The translations under genes were made by a program, and so were the position numbers. 64,000 bases of DNA from an uncultured cyanobacterium (GTDB taxonomy: Bacteria > Cyanobacteriota > Cyanobacteriia > Cyanobacteriales > CAWCAG01). Of the stretch, positions 48,209 to 57,525 are shown in pieces. Each line of letters begins with the position of its first letter. The first letter of the stretch is position 1. The stretch covers positions 480,001 through 544,000 of the forward strand of contig CAWDOD010000011.1 of NCBI GenBank assembly GCA_963803805.1, read 5' to 3'. The notes under the pieces were generated by a model. It was not told where the DNA came from and made no database searches. It saw nothing but the letters and a program-made list of their open reading frames with translations.

Positions 48209-49828
48209 TTATGTATATTTTTGAATTACCTTACCGTAGTCTAGTTTAATGAGGCGGTCTGCAACCTCAAAATAGCTATCATCATGACTAATAACTAAAA
48301 CTGTTTTGCCCTGCTCTTTTAATTGGGGTAAAAATTGGGTATAAAAAACTTTCTTAAAAGTAGGATCTTGATCTGCTGCCCACTCATCAAAAAGATAAAT
48401 TGGCCTATCTTCTAAGTAAGCAGTCAGTAAAGCTAGTCGCTTTCTTTGACCTTGAGAAAGGTCAGTAGTGGAGAGTTGACCTCGATTAATTTTAACCTTT
48501 GATTCTAGTTGTAATTGTTGAAGATAGTTTTGTGCTTGCTGGTCTAAGTTGGGTTTAGCAAACCCCAAAAGTCGCTCAAATAAATAGAAGTCAGAAAAAA
48601 TTACTGCAAAGTGCTGACGATACCACTCTCTATTATCTTGCTTAATTAATTGTTGATCAAAATAAATGCTTCCTGCTTGGGGAAAATAAAGTCCTGTGAT
48701 TAACTTAGCTAGGGTAGATTTGCCGCTACCGTTACCACCGATAATAAAGACTATTTCCCCTGGTTGTAATTCTAAATCTAATGGTCCTAAAGTGAAATTA
48801 ACATCTTCTTGTTGATTAGAGTAGGTGTGAATTACTCCTTTCAGTTGTAAATGTCGCCATTCAAAGTTAAGAGGAGGTGGCTGAGTTGCAACTTCTGAGC
48901 AATTTGTTAAAGATAAATCTAGCATCGTGATTTTTTGGAGAGCAATATCAGCTTTGCTAAGTAAAGGAAGTTTGTTAACAATATTCTCCATTGGTCCACT
49001 TAAGTAAGTGAAAGTTAATACATAACCAGATAAAGTTTGGGGAGAAATTGTTAGGAAGTTGGGTAAGATAAACAACACTAAGCCAATAGCAAAAAAGAGA
49101 ATTAGTTTTCCCCAACTATCAGTGGTAGCAAATAGAGTTAGTCCTTTGATATTATGGTGTTTAAACTGATTAGCCGTGATTTGTAAATCTTCTTTTAAAA
49201 AGTCTTGACGACGTTGATAGTGAAGTTTGAGTTCTTTGGTTCCTTCGGTAATGGTACGAAAATGTTTGAAGAGTAAATCCTGTTCATCACGGGCGAGGGC
49301 AAGTAAGTACCTTCCTTTAGTTAATAGCAACCGACAACTAATTAAAGCGAGGAAAGATAAACCCATCACCAGAAATAAAACTTGCCAAGAAAGCCATGTA
49401 ATATAAATTAAACAACCTGCAACTACTGCTAAGTTAATAAACAGAAAAGGTAAAACATAAACAGCGTTGGCAATAGTTTGAATATCTTCAGTTAGGGTTG
49501 CTAAAAGTCGAGGGGAACCCAACTTTTCTAAATGAGTTAGTTCAGTAGCTAAAATTTGCCGACTCAAGCGTATTTGTAGTTGGAAAACTGACTCCTGAGA
49601 AAGTTTGATTAGGACTACTCGCGTGATAATACTTGTAAATAGAACTACCATTGCTAGTCCTGCGAAACTCCAGGCTATAGTGACGGGTGTAGTATTAATT
49701 CCATCTCCGAAAGTTTTACTAATTAAAGCAATTAAACCTGCACTACTTCCCCCACTAATGAACCCCATCAAAACTGCAATTACGACTAGTTGCCAGGAAG
49801 ATTTCGACAGGAAATAGATTAGTTTCAT
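48209..49828 (-). CDS. Cyclic peptide export ABC transporter (PvdE/SyrD/YojI family)
   Basis: TM domain plus GGNGSGKST, FSDFYLF, LSQGQRKRLAL, FDEWAADQDP. Confidence 0.9.
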   Translation of the reverse strand: MKLIYFLSKSSWQLVVIAVLMGFISGGSSAGLIALISKTFGDGINTTPVTIAWSFAGLAMVVLFTSIITRVVLIKLSQESVFQLQIRLSRQILATELTHLEKLGSPRLLATLTEDIQTIANAVYVLPFLFINLAVVAGCLIYITWLSWQVLFLVMGLSFLALISCRLLLTKGRYLLALARDEQDLLFKHFRTITEGTKELKLHYQRRQDFLKEDLQITANQFKHHNIKGLTLFATTDSWGKLILFFAIGLVLFILPNFLTISPQTLSGYVLTFTYLSGPMENIVNKLPLLSKADIALQKITMLDLSLTNCSEVATQPPPLNFEWRHLQLKGVIHTYSNQQEDVNFTLGPLDLELQPGEIVFIIGGNGSGKSTLAKLITGLYFPQAGSIYFDQQLIKQDNREWYRQHFAVIFSDFYLFERLLGFAKPNLDQQAQNYLQQLQLESKVKINRGQLSTTDLSQGQRKRLALLTAYLEDRPIYLFDEWAADQDPTFKKVFYTQFLPQLKEQGKTVLVISHDDSYFEVADRLIKLDYGKVIQKYT

Positions 49829-49882
49829 TGAGTAATAGCTACGGCAATTATGACAAGTTAAAATAGTTTAGCATTTGAGGAT

Positions 49883-50003
49883 TAAGCTCAGACGCATTTA
49901 AAGGATAGATTATTGAATTAGCCAAAATAAGCTGTGGTTTTTACCCATTAACCCATTACCTATTACTTCGCCCCCATAGGTGAGCTAAATGACTAATAAC
50001 TTA
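49883..50003. mobile_element. MITE-like element, 121 bp, same TIR family as 34045-34171
   Basis: Left TAAGCTCAGACGCATTTA; the right end reverse-complemented is TAAGTTATTAGTCATTTA. Interior carries TTACC(C/T)A repeats. Confidence 0.55.
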
Positions 50004-50176
50004 TCACCTATCAAATCTGTTCACCATTTTCCAACTTCTGTAACAAATCTTCCGCAATTTCATACCATTGTTCGCGATACTGTTTATCTTGTTCTTCTCC
50101 GGTTAAAGTATAATCTTTTAATTGGGGATTTTGAGCGTAGAAAGTTTTGTTGACTTGGTCGTAGAAAGCTTTTTCT

Positions 50177-51475
50177 TCAAGAATCAATTGTGTTAAGGCG
50201 AGTGATTATTTTTGCTTGCCTTTCTTGCTCTGTTAAGCTTAAATTTTCATCTTGCTGAGTTGGCAAAGCTTCTTCTTGACTAGTAGAAGCAAAAGGCCAA
50301 GGAATTAAGGCAAATACTTGTTTGATGCCCCAAGTACCAAGACTTATTAATAGGGCAATGCCAATGCCGAAAGAAATTATTTTTAAAACACTATTACTAC
50401 TTAAATTTTTCCTTAATACTTTGTTGCCTCCTTGGTTGATTTTGCCAAAAGAAGTTAGAGAAGTTAACATTGTCTGTAGAGGGCGGGCTGGGGCTACAAC
50501 TACAGTACGAAGCTTAGAAACAGCTTGGTTTAAGACTCCACCATTATGCTTAATAGTAGGAGAAGAAATAGGAGTTGATGCAGCAGTTGTTGTAGCTTGG
50601 TAAGTTTTTTGTTGAGGAAGAGAGGCAAAGGTATTATTATTTCTTAAAGCTTCTAAAGCTTCTTGTGCTGATGAATAGCGATCGCGCGGACGGTAAGCTA
50701 GCATTTTAGTTAAAAACTCCCGAAAACTGGGACTAGCCTTAACAGTTTGTAGGTTCCAAGTAGCGTTAGAACTTTCGTAAAGCTCCCCAGGTTCTCGGTT
50801 GGTTAATAGTACTAATACTGTAGCCCCCAAAGCATAGAGATCGCTACTAGGGGAGATTTCTCCAAACTGCATTTGTTCTTCTGGGGCGTAACCATCTTTA
50901 CCAATGATTGTTCCTATTGGTACTTGGTTAGGGTTAGAACCGACACTAATAGCCACCTGTTTAACAGAACCAAAATCAATTAAAATTGGTAACTTATCTT
51001 TGTTTCGTAAAATAATATTATCAGGGGAAATATCGCGGTGAATTACATTTTGGTTGTGAATATATTGCAATACAGGAAGTAACTTAAATAGTAATTGCAC
51101 CATATCCGCTTCACTAAAGCGCTTACCTGCCTTTAAAAGTTGAGAGTAGCTTTGTCCTTCGATATAATCTTGCACCAAAAACAAAGACTCTTTGTTGCCA
51201 GTGTTTACTTTGAGCATTTCCCGGAAACAAGGTATTTGAGAATGATTAAGGCGGTAAAGCATTCCTGCTTCCCTCTCAAACAATTCCTTCGCTTTATGCC
51301 ATTCCTGATTATTCTGGACTTGAGGAACAAACTCTTTAAGGACACAAGACTCGTGAAAACGGTTAGTATTCTCTGCCAAATAAGTTCTACCAAATCCCCC
51401 CTGTCCCAACTCTCGTACAATACAATAACGGTTTTCTATAATTGATCCAGGACTAAGCACAGAGGAAGTGTACAT
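50177..51475 (-). CDS. Hanks-type Ser/Thr protein kinase with a TM segment; C-terminus probably continues to 50011 across a frameshift
   Basis: LGQGGFGRTY, CVLKEF, IHRDISPDN, LIDFG, GYAPEEQ, SDLYALG. Confidence 0.9.
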   Translation of the reverse strand: MYTSSVLSPGSIIENRYCIVRELGQGGFGRTYLAENTNRFHESCVLKEFVPQVQNNQEWHKAKELFEREAGMLYRLNHSQIPCFREMLKVNTGNKESLFLVQDYIEGQSYSQLLKAGKRFSEADMVQLLFKLLPVLQYIHNQNVIHRDISPDNIILRNKDKLPILIDFGSVKQVAISVGSNPNQVPIGTIIGKDGYAPEEQMQFGEISPSSDLYALGATVLVLLTNREPGELYESSNATWNLQTVKASPSFREFLTKMLAYRPRDRYSSAQEALEALRNNNTFASLPQQKTYQATTTAASTPISSPTIKHNGGVLNQAVSKLRTVVVAPARPLQTMLTSLTSFGKINQGGNKVLRKNLSSNSVLKIISFGIGIALLISLGTWGIKQVFALIPWPFASTSQEEALPTQQDENLSLTEQERQAKIITRLNTIDS

Positions 51476-51735
51476 AATAATATTGATGAAAAATCAAATT
51501 AAAAGTAAAAAGATCGGTTACAGGCTATTTTAACTAACTACATTATCCAACCCTAAATCTACGGACACGGAAAAAATGGTTTAGCAATTAGTTAGTACCA
51601 TGAGGTACACCCTAGACTCTGGTTTTTACACTGTTGCTAGTGGCTAATGGCTAATCGCTAATAATGATAGGAGATAGGCAATAATATTTATACTTATTAC
51701 TTATTACTTACTACTTCCCCCACTCCCTTCTTCAT

Positions 51736-53952
51736 ATGAGTTCTTCCCAGCCTCCTAACAAACCCCAAACTCAGATTGGTCAAATCTTTAACCAAGCGAC
51801 GCAAATTGTCCAAAAAGCCCTGGCTATTAAACCAGGGGCCAAAGTTGCGGAACTATGGGTACAAGAAGCTAATGCACAAAAGGCTAAAGTACATAAATTA
51901 CTCGGCGATCGCTATTTTTTGGGACGCAGCTCCCAAGATGCTGATATTGTAGTTCCTAACCCGGTGGTTAGTAAGAAGCATTTGTCCTTAACTAGGGATA
52001 GTAAGCGCCCCCGTAAGTTTATGATTCGGGATGAACATTCTACTAATGGTATTTATTTGGGTAGAAGAAGGCTAAAATCCTTGCTATTGCGCCACGGTGA
52101 TATTCTGACATTGGGACCACCGGAACTTAAAGATGCAGTCAGGGTTCAATATCATAATCCTCCACCCCTGATTATTCTTATTTTGCGCTACTTACTTTAT
52201 GGTTTGGGGGGAGTTTCTGGTTTAATTGTGCTGTGGATGGCGATTGTTTGGGCAAAATACCCCGTAGGTAGGATGCCCCCTGGAGTACAAGGTCCAGTAA
52301 TTGTTTATTCTAGGGATAATGAACCTTTAAGGGAATTACGTAATAATTCCCACCAAGAAATAGGGCGCTTAAAAGAGTTTTCCCCTTATTTACCCAAAGC
52401 CTTACTCGCCTCAGAAGATAGTCGCTATCACTGGCATTTTGGAGTTGATCCCTTGGGTATTGCAGGGGCTTTGCGAAGAGGTTTTGGGGGAGGGAGCACC
52501 CTCACCCAACAGGTAGCCCGTAGCCTTTTCCCGGAAGTGGGGAGAGAAAATACCATTGGGCGTAAAATTCGGGAGATGATTGTCGCTTTTAAACTAGAAA
52601 CTTTTTATAGTAAAGACAAAATCATCAGAACCTATTTAAACAGGGTTTACTTAGGAGTTGATAGTTATGGTTTTGAAGATGCGGCGCAGTTTTACTTTGA
52701 TAAATCAGCGAGGGATTTAGATATTTCTGAAGCTGCTACCTTAGTGGCGATTTTACCCGCCCCCAACAGTTTTAATCCTGTACAGGATTATGAAACTGCT
52801 ATTAAGTTGCGTAACCGCATTATCACCCGCATGGTTGATCAAGGTAAAATTAGCGAAGAGGAAGGTTCTAGGGCAAGGCGATCGCGCATCGAAGTTAGTC
52901 CTGAAGCCCGAAGAATCCTTGGCAGCACCAAAGCCCCCTACTTTTATAGCTATATTTTTACTGAATTAGAAGAACTGTTAGGAGAAGATTTAGCCGAAGA
53001 AGGCAACTTTATTGTCCAAACTTCCTTGGATTTAAACGCTCAATCACAAGCCGATGCTGCTTTGCGTGACGGAGTTAATAATACAGGTTCTCGCCTGGGT
53101 TTTTCCCAAGGGGCAGTTGTTACCCTCAATACCAGCAATGCCGAAATTATTGCTATGACAGGGGGTGTGGATTATGGGCAAAGTCAGTTTAACCGTGCTT
53201 ACCAGTCCCAACGACAACCAGGTTCCACTTTTAAGGTTTTCGCCTATGCTGCTGCCATTGAACAGGGCATTTCTCCTGGCAAAGCTTACTCCTGCGCCCC
53301 TTTAACCTGGCAAGGACAAAGGTACAAAGGCTGTGAACGTAGTAGTGGTGCAGTGAATATGTATACAGGCTTGGCACAATCGGAAAATGCGATCGCCCTG
53401 CGTATTGCCCAGGATGTGGGTTTAGACAAGACTATTGCTATGGCTAGAAAGTTGGGGATTAAATCTAAGCTAGTGGAGACTCCTGGCTTGGTTTTGGGGC
53501 AAAGTGAAGTTAATGTTTTAGAAATTACTGGGGCTTATGCAACCTTCGCCAATAATGGAGTTTGGAACCGTCCCCACGGCATTCGTCGTGTCCTTGATAG
53601 TAGTGATTGCGAAGACAGCAAGAATCCAGAAACCTGTCGCGTAATTTACTCCTATGACCAAGATAGCAGTCGGGGTATCCAAGCAATTTCTACGGGTGTG
53701 GCGAGTACCATGAATAGCCTCTTGCGAGGGGTTATTGGCGGTACAGGGGCTGCTGCCGCTATTGGTAAAGGAGAAGCGGGTAAAACAGGGACTACTAACC
53801 GCAATGTGGATATGTGGTTTATTGGTTATGTACCTAGCGCTCAGCTAGTAACTGGAGTATGGTTAGGTAATGATGATCCCATTGCTACTAGGGGCAGTAG
53901 CGCTCAAGCTGCGAGGATTTGGGCTAATTATATGGGGCAGATTACCCAATAA
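51736..53952 (+). CDS. FHA-domain class A penicillin-binding protein (transglycosylase-transpeptidase)
   Basis: FHA (LGRSS..ADI....VVSKKH, STNG), TM, ASEDSRY, GGSTLTQQ, RKIRE, QPGSTFK, SEN, GKTGTT. Confidence 0.9.
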   Translation: MSSSQPPNKPQTQIGQIFNQATQIVQKALAIKPGAKVAELWVQEANAQKAKVHKLLGDRYFLGRSSQDADIVVPNPVVSKKHLSLTRDSKRPRKFMIRDEHSTNGIYLGRRRLKSLLLRHGDILTLGPPELKDAVRVQYHNPPPLIILILRYLLYGLGGVSGLIVLWMAIVWAKYPVGRMPPGVQGPVIVYSRDNEPLRELRNNSHQEIGRLKEFSPYLPKALLASEDSRYHWHFGVDPLGIAGALRRGFGGGSTLTQQVARSLFPEVGRENTIGRKIREMIVAFKLETFYSKDKIIRTYLNRVYLGVDSYGFEDAAQFYFDKSARDLDISEAATLVAILPAPNSFNPVQDYETAIKLRNRIITRMVDQGKISEEEGSRARRSRIEVSPEARRILGSTKAPYFYSYIFTELEELLGEDLAEEGNFIVQTSLDLNAQSQADAALRDGVNNTGSRLGFSQGAVVTLNTSNAEIIAMTGGVDYGQSQFNRAYQSQRQPGSTFKVFAYAAAIEQGISPGKAYSCAPLTWQGQRYKGCERSSGAVNMYTGLAQSENAIALRIAQDVGLDKTIAMARKLGIKSKLVETPGLVLGQSEVNVLEITGAYATFANNGVWNRPHGIRRVLDSSDCEDSKNPETCRVIYSYDQDSSRGIQAISTGVASTMNSLLRGVIGGTGAAAAIGKGEAGKTGTTNRNVDMWFIGYVPSAQLVTGVWLGNDDPIATRGSSAQAARIWANYMGQITQ

Positions 53953-54040
53953 TTGGGAGTGAAGAGTAGGCAGCAAGGACTAGGGGGCTAGGGAGTTAGG
54001 CAATGAAACTGTTATCTATTACCCAATTCCCAATTCCCTA

Positions 54041-54634
54041 TTACTTTGCAGCTTTCTGAAAGCGACGCTTGACAAAGTAACCACCAAGTATGAGCAAACC
54101 TCCCATTGTGGTGGGTTCAGGAACAGATTGAGGGTCATTATCATTATCTTGAGTGGGCCATTCTGCTTGATCTTGAGCGCAATCGGCAGCACTATTGACA
54201 CCAGAATCACCTACTATAGCATCGGCATCTAAACAAGTCCTTACACCACCTACACCTTCTACCTCAATGCCTAAATCTGCTTCTACTCCAACTTCAACAA
54301 TATTCTCACCACCAACCACAACTTCTCCTTCTAAGAAACCTTCTTTCTGAATTGCTTCTTCAATGTTGTGTAAATCAGGGATTTCTAAATCTTCAAGCTC
54401 GTTTACACCAACCTCAGTGTAGGAATCTGAACCTAACCCAGCCAGACTGTCTATTTCAGTATCGCTGCTTTCACCTAAAAAGGCATCAAGTCCATCTTCA
54501 GTAGTAGCTCCTAAAGTACTCTCAAGAGTATTAGTTAGTGTTCCACCTAAAGAAGTCAAAGCGGATGCGGAAGGCGCAAAGACTCCAGTTAAGGTTGTAG
54601 CAGCGATCGCGGTGGCAAAAAATAACTTGTTCAT
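54041..54634 (-). CDS. PEP-CTERM surface protein, highly acidic
   Basis: Signal peptide ending ASA. C-terminal VPEPTTMGGLLILGGYFVKRR (PEP, TM, basic tail). Confidence 0.88.
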   Translation of the reverse strand: MNKLFFATAIAATTLTGVFAPSASALTSLGGTLTNTLESTLGATTEDGLDAFLGESSDTEIDSLAGLGSDSYTEVGVNELEDLEIPDLHNIEEAIQKEGFLEGEVVVGGENIVEVGVEADLGIEVEGVGGVRTCLDADAIVGDSGVNSAADCAQDQAEWPTQDNDNDPQSVPEPTTMGGLLILGGYFVKRRFQKAAK

Positions 54635-54869
54635 GATTTCTCCTGGTTTGAATCGTTTGTTTTTTAGCTATACCTCATTGTGAAATGCTCATGTTTACAG
54701 TTAGGTATGCGCTATGGTTGCGTTCACGTGTTACTTGAAATTAATGTTTACGCAGACAAGATTTTCTGGTTTTTGATATCAAATTCTACTAAAATCACTC
54801 TTTTATTGTGTTGAAGATACGTGGATTTTGGGGAGTAGAAATTATCATAATTACTAAATATCCTCACAA

Positions 54870-54902
54870 GGTGCGTTACGCTTACAGCTAACGACACCCT
54901 AC
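54870..54902 (-). repeat. GTAG-type REP-like palindrome
   Basis: The minus strand reads GTAGGGTGTCGTTAGCTGTAAGCGTAACGCACC, with the stem GGTG(T)CGTTA/TAACGCACC. Confidence 0.6.
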
Positions 54903-54979
54903 GAAAATTAATAGATTTGAGATTGATTATATTTACTTGAACTGTTCTTTTATAGGAACCATTCTCAATTCAAAATAGA

Positions 54980-57433
54980 TTAAGTTAACACCACACCACT
55001 ACTCATACGTTCATATCTTTCTTTTAACTCTTGACGCAAAGAAGACCAACGCCCTAAACTTTTATCTGCAAGCATCAACTTTTCGGCTGCTTCACGGGCA
55101 ATAACTAGAACCTCTTTATCTTCAACTAAACTGGCTAAAGCGAAGTCTGGTAAACCAGATTGGCGTTTCCCCAACACCTCTCCGGGGCCACGAAAACGCA
55201 TATCCATCTCGGAAATAAAGAAGCCGTCTTGAGATTGTTCTAAAACTTGCAAACGCTGCCTGGCATCAGGATTTTTGCTACTACTCATTAATAAACAGTA
55301 GGATTTGTGGGAACCACGCCCGACTCGCCCCCTCAATTGGTGCAGTTGCGATAAGCCAAAGCGTTCGGCATTTTCGATTAACATTACCGTAGCGTTGGGA
55401 ACATCTACTCCTACTTCAATAACTGTGGTAGAAACAATGATTTGAGTTTCATTGTTTCGGAAAGCATTTAAGGATTCATCTTTATCTGCTGAACTCATGC
55501 GCCCGTGGAGTAAACCAACTTTAAATTCTGGGAAGATAGTTTCCTGTAACTTTTCCTGTTCTTCCACCGCTGAACGCACATCTAGTTTTTCTGACTCTTC
55601 AATTAAAGGCAAAATCACATAGCATTGTCGCCCTTGGGCAATTTCTCGGCGAATTAAGTCATAGGCATCTCGCCGTTGCTTCCCAGCTAAAACTGTGGTT
55701 TGAATTGGTTGTCTGCCTGGGGGGAGTTCGTCGATTTGGGAAACATCTAAATCTCCGTGCAAAGTCAAAGCCAAGGTGCGGGGAATGGGGGTTGCTGTCA
55801 TAGTGAGAACGTGGGGAGATTTACCTTTGTCTAATAACCTCGCCCTTTGTTGTACCCCAAAGCGGTGTTGTTCATCGATGACGACTAAACCAAGTTTTTG
55901 GAAGTTAACAGGATCTTGAATGAGGGCGTGGGTTCCCACTAAGAGGGGGAGTTCTCCTGTTTCTAATTGGTTGTGAATTTCCCGACGTTTAGCAACTTTA
56001 GTTGAACCGGTGAGCAATTCTACAGGTAAATGCAAAAGGTTAAACCAGCTTACTAGTTTACGATAATGTTGTTCTGCTAATACCTCTGTTGGGGCCATTA
56101 AGGCTGCTTGATAGCCAGATTGAATAGCTGTGAGGATCGCAAATACAGAAACAACGGTTTTTCCTGAACCGACATCCCCTTGTACTAAGCGATTCATAGG
56201 AGTAGGGGATTGCAATTCTTGTAAAATATCGTTGGTAACACGCTTTTGGGCATCGGTTAACTCAAAGGGTAATAGTTGATTAAACTGTTCAATTAGCTTA
56301 CCTGTGGGGGAAAAAACAGCACTGCTTTGATTTTGCTTTTGTTGTTGACGACGGGAAAGGAAACCGAGTTGTAGGTAAAAGAATTCGTCGAAAACCAAGC
56401 GCCTCCTCGCCAAAGCCAGACTTTCTTTACTATCAGGGAAATGAATTTGGCAAATGGCATCTTTTAAACCCATAAACCCATAGCTATTAATTAAAGCTGG
56501 GGGCAAGGGATCTTTAATTTGGTTAATGGCAGGCAAAACCTCAACTATTGCCCGCCTCACCACATCTGCTGTGACTCCTTCAGCTAAAGGATATACAGGA
56601 ACCACCCTGCCAATTTTTAAAGAGTCTATATTCGCCCCAGGATGGTCAATCACCTCTAATTCTGGGGTGTCGAGGTTGAATCCGTATTTATTCTGTTTAA
56701 CCAACCCTGAAGCGGCTACTATTGAGCCGTTGGGAAATTGCCGCTTCATTTTATGTTGCCAGCCTCGGTTAGCGTAGCGCATCCCGGCATAAAAACGGTT
56801 GAGTTTGATTTGTCCGGTATTATCTTTGAGTACTAATTCAAAGATGGTTAATTTCTTGTTTTTAGGGCTAGAAAAACAGTTGCAACGCTTCACAGCCCCC
56901 ACAATAGTTACCGTTTCTCCAACTTCCAGGTTTTTGATTTTCACCTGACGGGCATAATCAATGTAGTCACGGGGGTAGTAAAAGAGTAAATCCCTAACTG
57001 TGGTTAAGCCTAGACGTTCGAGGTAAGCTCCTTTTTGTTTACCAATTTTAGGAATTTCTTTTAAAAGCTTGTTTAAAGTTAAGGTTTTGTAGCTATAACC
57101 TTGTTGAGTTGCTGCCACAGGAGTGGTACGGGGAGTTTTTGCTTGAGGAACCTCTACTTGAGGAGGATGTTGTAATTGCTGAATTAATCTCCTGGCTTCT
57201 GCGACTACGTGCTGCCGTTGGGTTATGCTTAAGCTAGGATAGCGAGCAAAATCCCCACTAAGATCCTGCCAACGCCTTCTTTGCTCCGTATTCATACCCA
57301 AAGGGCGTTTACCGAAATTTAAACACAGGAACTCGCTGAAGCGATAGTGATTTCCCATTAAATCAGAAAAACCTCGTTCCGCTTCTACAGAGAGAGCTTT
57401 TTGTAAAGCAACCCAATCTGGCGTTTCCTTCAT
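54980..57433 (-). CDS. recG: ATP-dependent DNA helicase RecG
   Basis: MNRLVQGDVGSGKT, APTEVLAEQH, DEQHRFG, MTATPIPRTL, QLHQLRGRVGRG. Confidence 0.97.
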   Translation of the reverse strand: MKETPDWVALQKALSVEAERGFSDLMGNHYRFSEFLCLNFGKRPLGMNTEQRRRWQDLSGDFARYPSLSITQRQHVVAEARRLIQQLQHPPQVEVPQAKTPRTTPVAATQQGYSYKTLTLNKLLKEIPKIGKQKGAYLERLGLTTVRDLLFYYPRDYIDYARQVKIKNLEVGETVTIVGAVKRCNCFSSPKNKKLTIFELVLKDNTGQIKLNRFYAGMRYANRGWQHKMKRQFPNGSIVAASGLVKQNKYGFNLDTPELEVIDHPGANIDSLKIGRVVPVYPLAEGVTADVVRRAIVEVLPAINQIKDPLPPALINSYGFMGLKDAICQIHFPDSKESLALARRRLVFDEFFYLQLGFLSRRQQQKQNQSSAVFSPTGKLIEQFNQLLPFELTDAQKRVTNDILQELQSPTPMNRLVQGDVGSGKTVVSVFAILTAIQSGYQAALMAPTEVLAEQHYRKLVSWFNLLHLPVELLTGSTKVAKRREIHNQLETGELPLLVGTHALIQDPVNFQKLGLVVIDEQHRFGVQQRARLLDKGKSPHVLTMTATPIPRTLALTLHGDLDVSQIDELPPGRQPIQTTVLAGKQRRDAYDLIRREIAQGRQCYVILPLIEESEKLDVRSAVEEQEKLQETIFPEFKVGLLHGRMSSADKDESLNAFRNNETQIIVSTTVIEVGVDVPNATVMLIENAERFGLSQLHQLRGRVGRGSHKSYCLLMSSSKNPDARQRLQVLEQSQDGFFISEMDMRFRGPGEVLGKRQSGLPDFALASLVEDKEVLVIAREAAEKLMLADKSLGRWSSLRQELKERYERMSSGVVLT

Positions 57434-57525
57434 TTGTTTTTTTACGTCAATATACTCTCTATATTTTAGGCGGGAAGGTTAGGGGGGTTAATTAAAAATT
57501 AAAAATTGACACCTAAAGTTGAATC

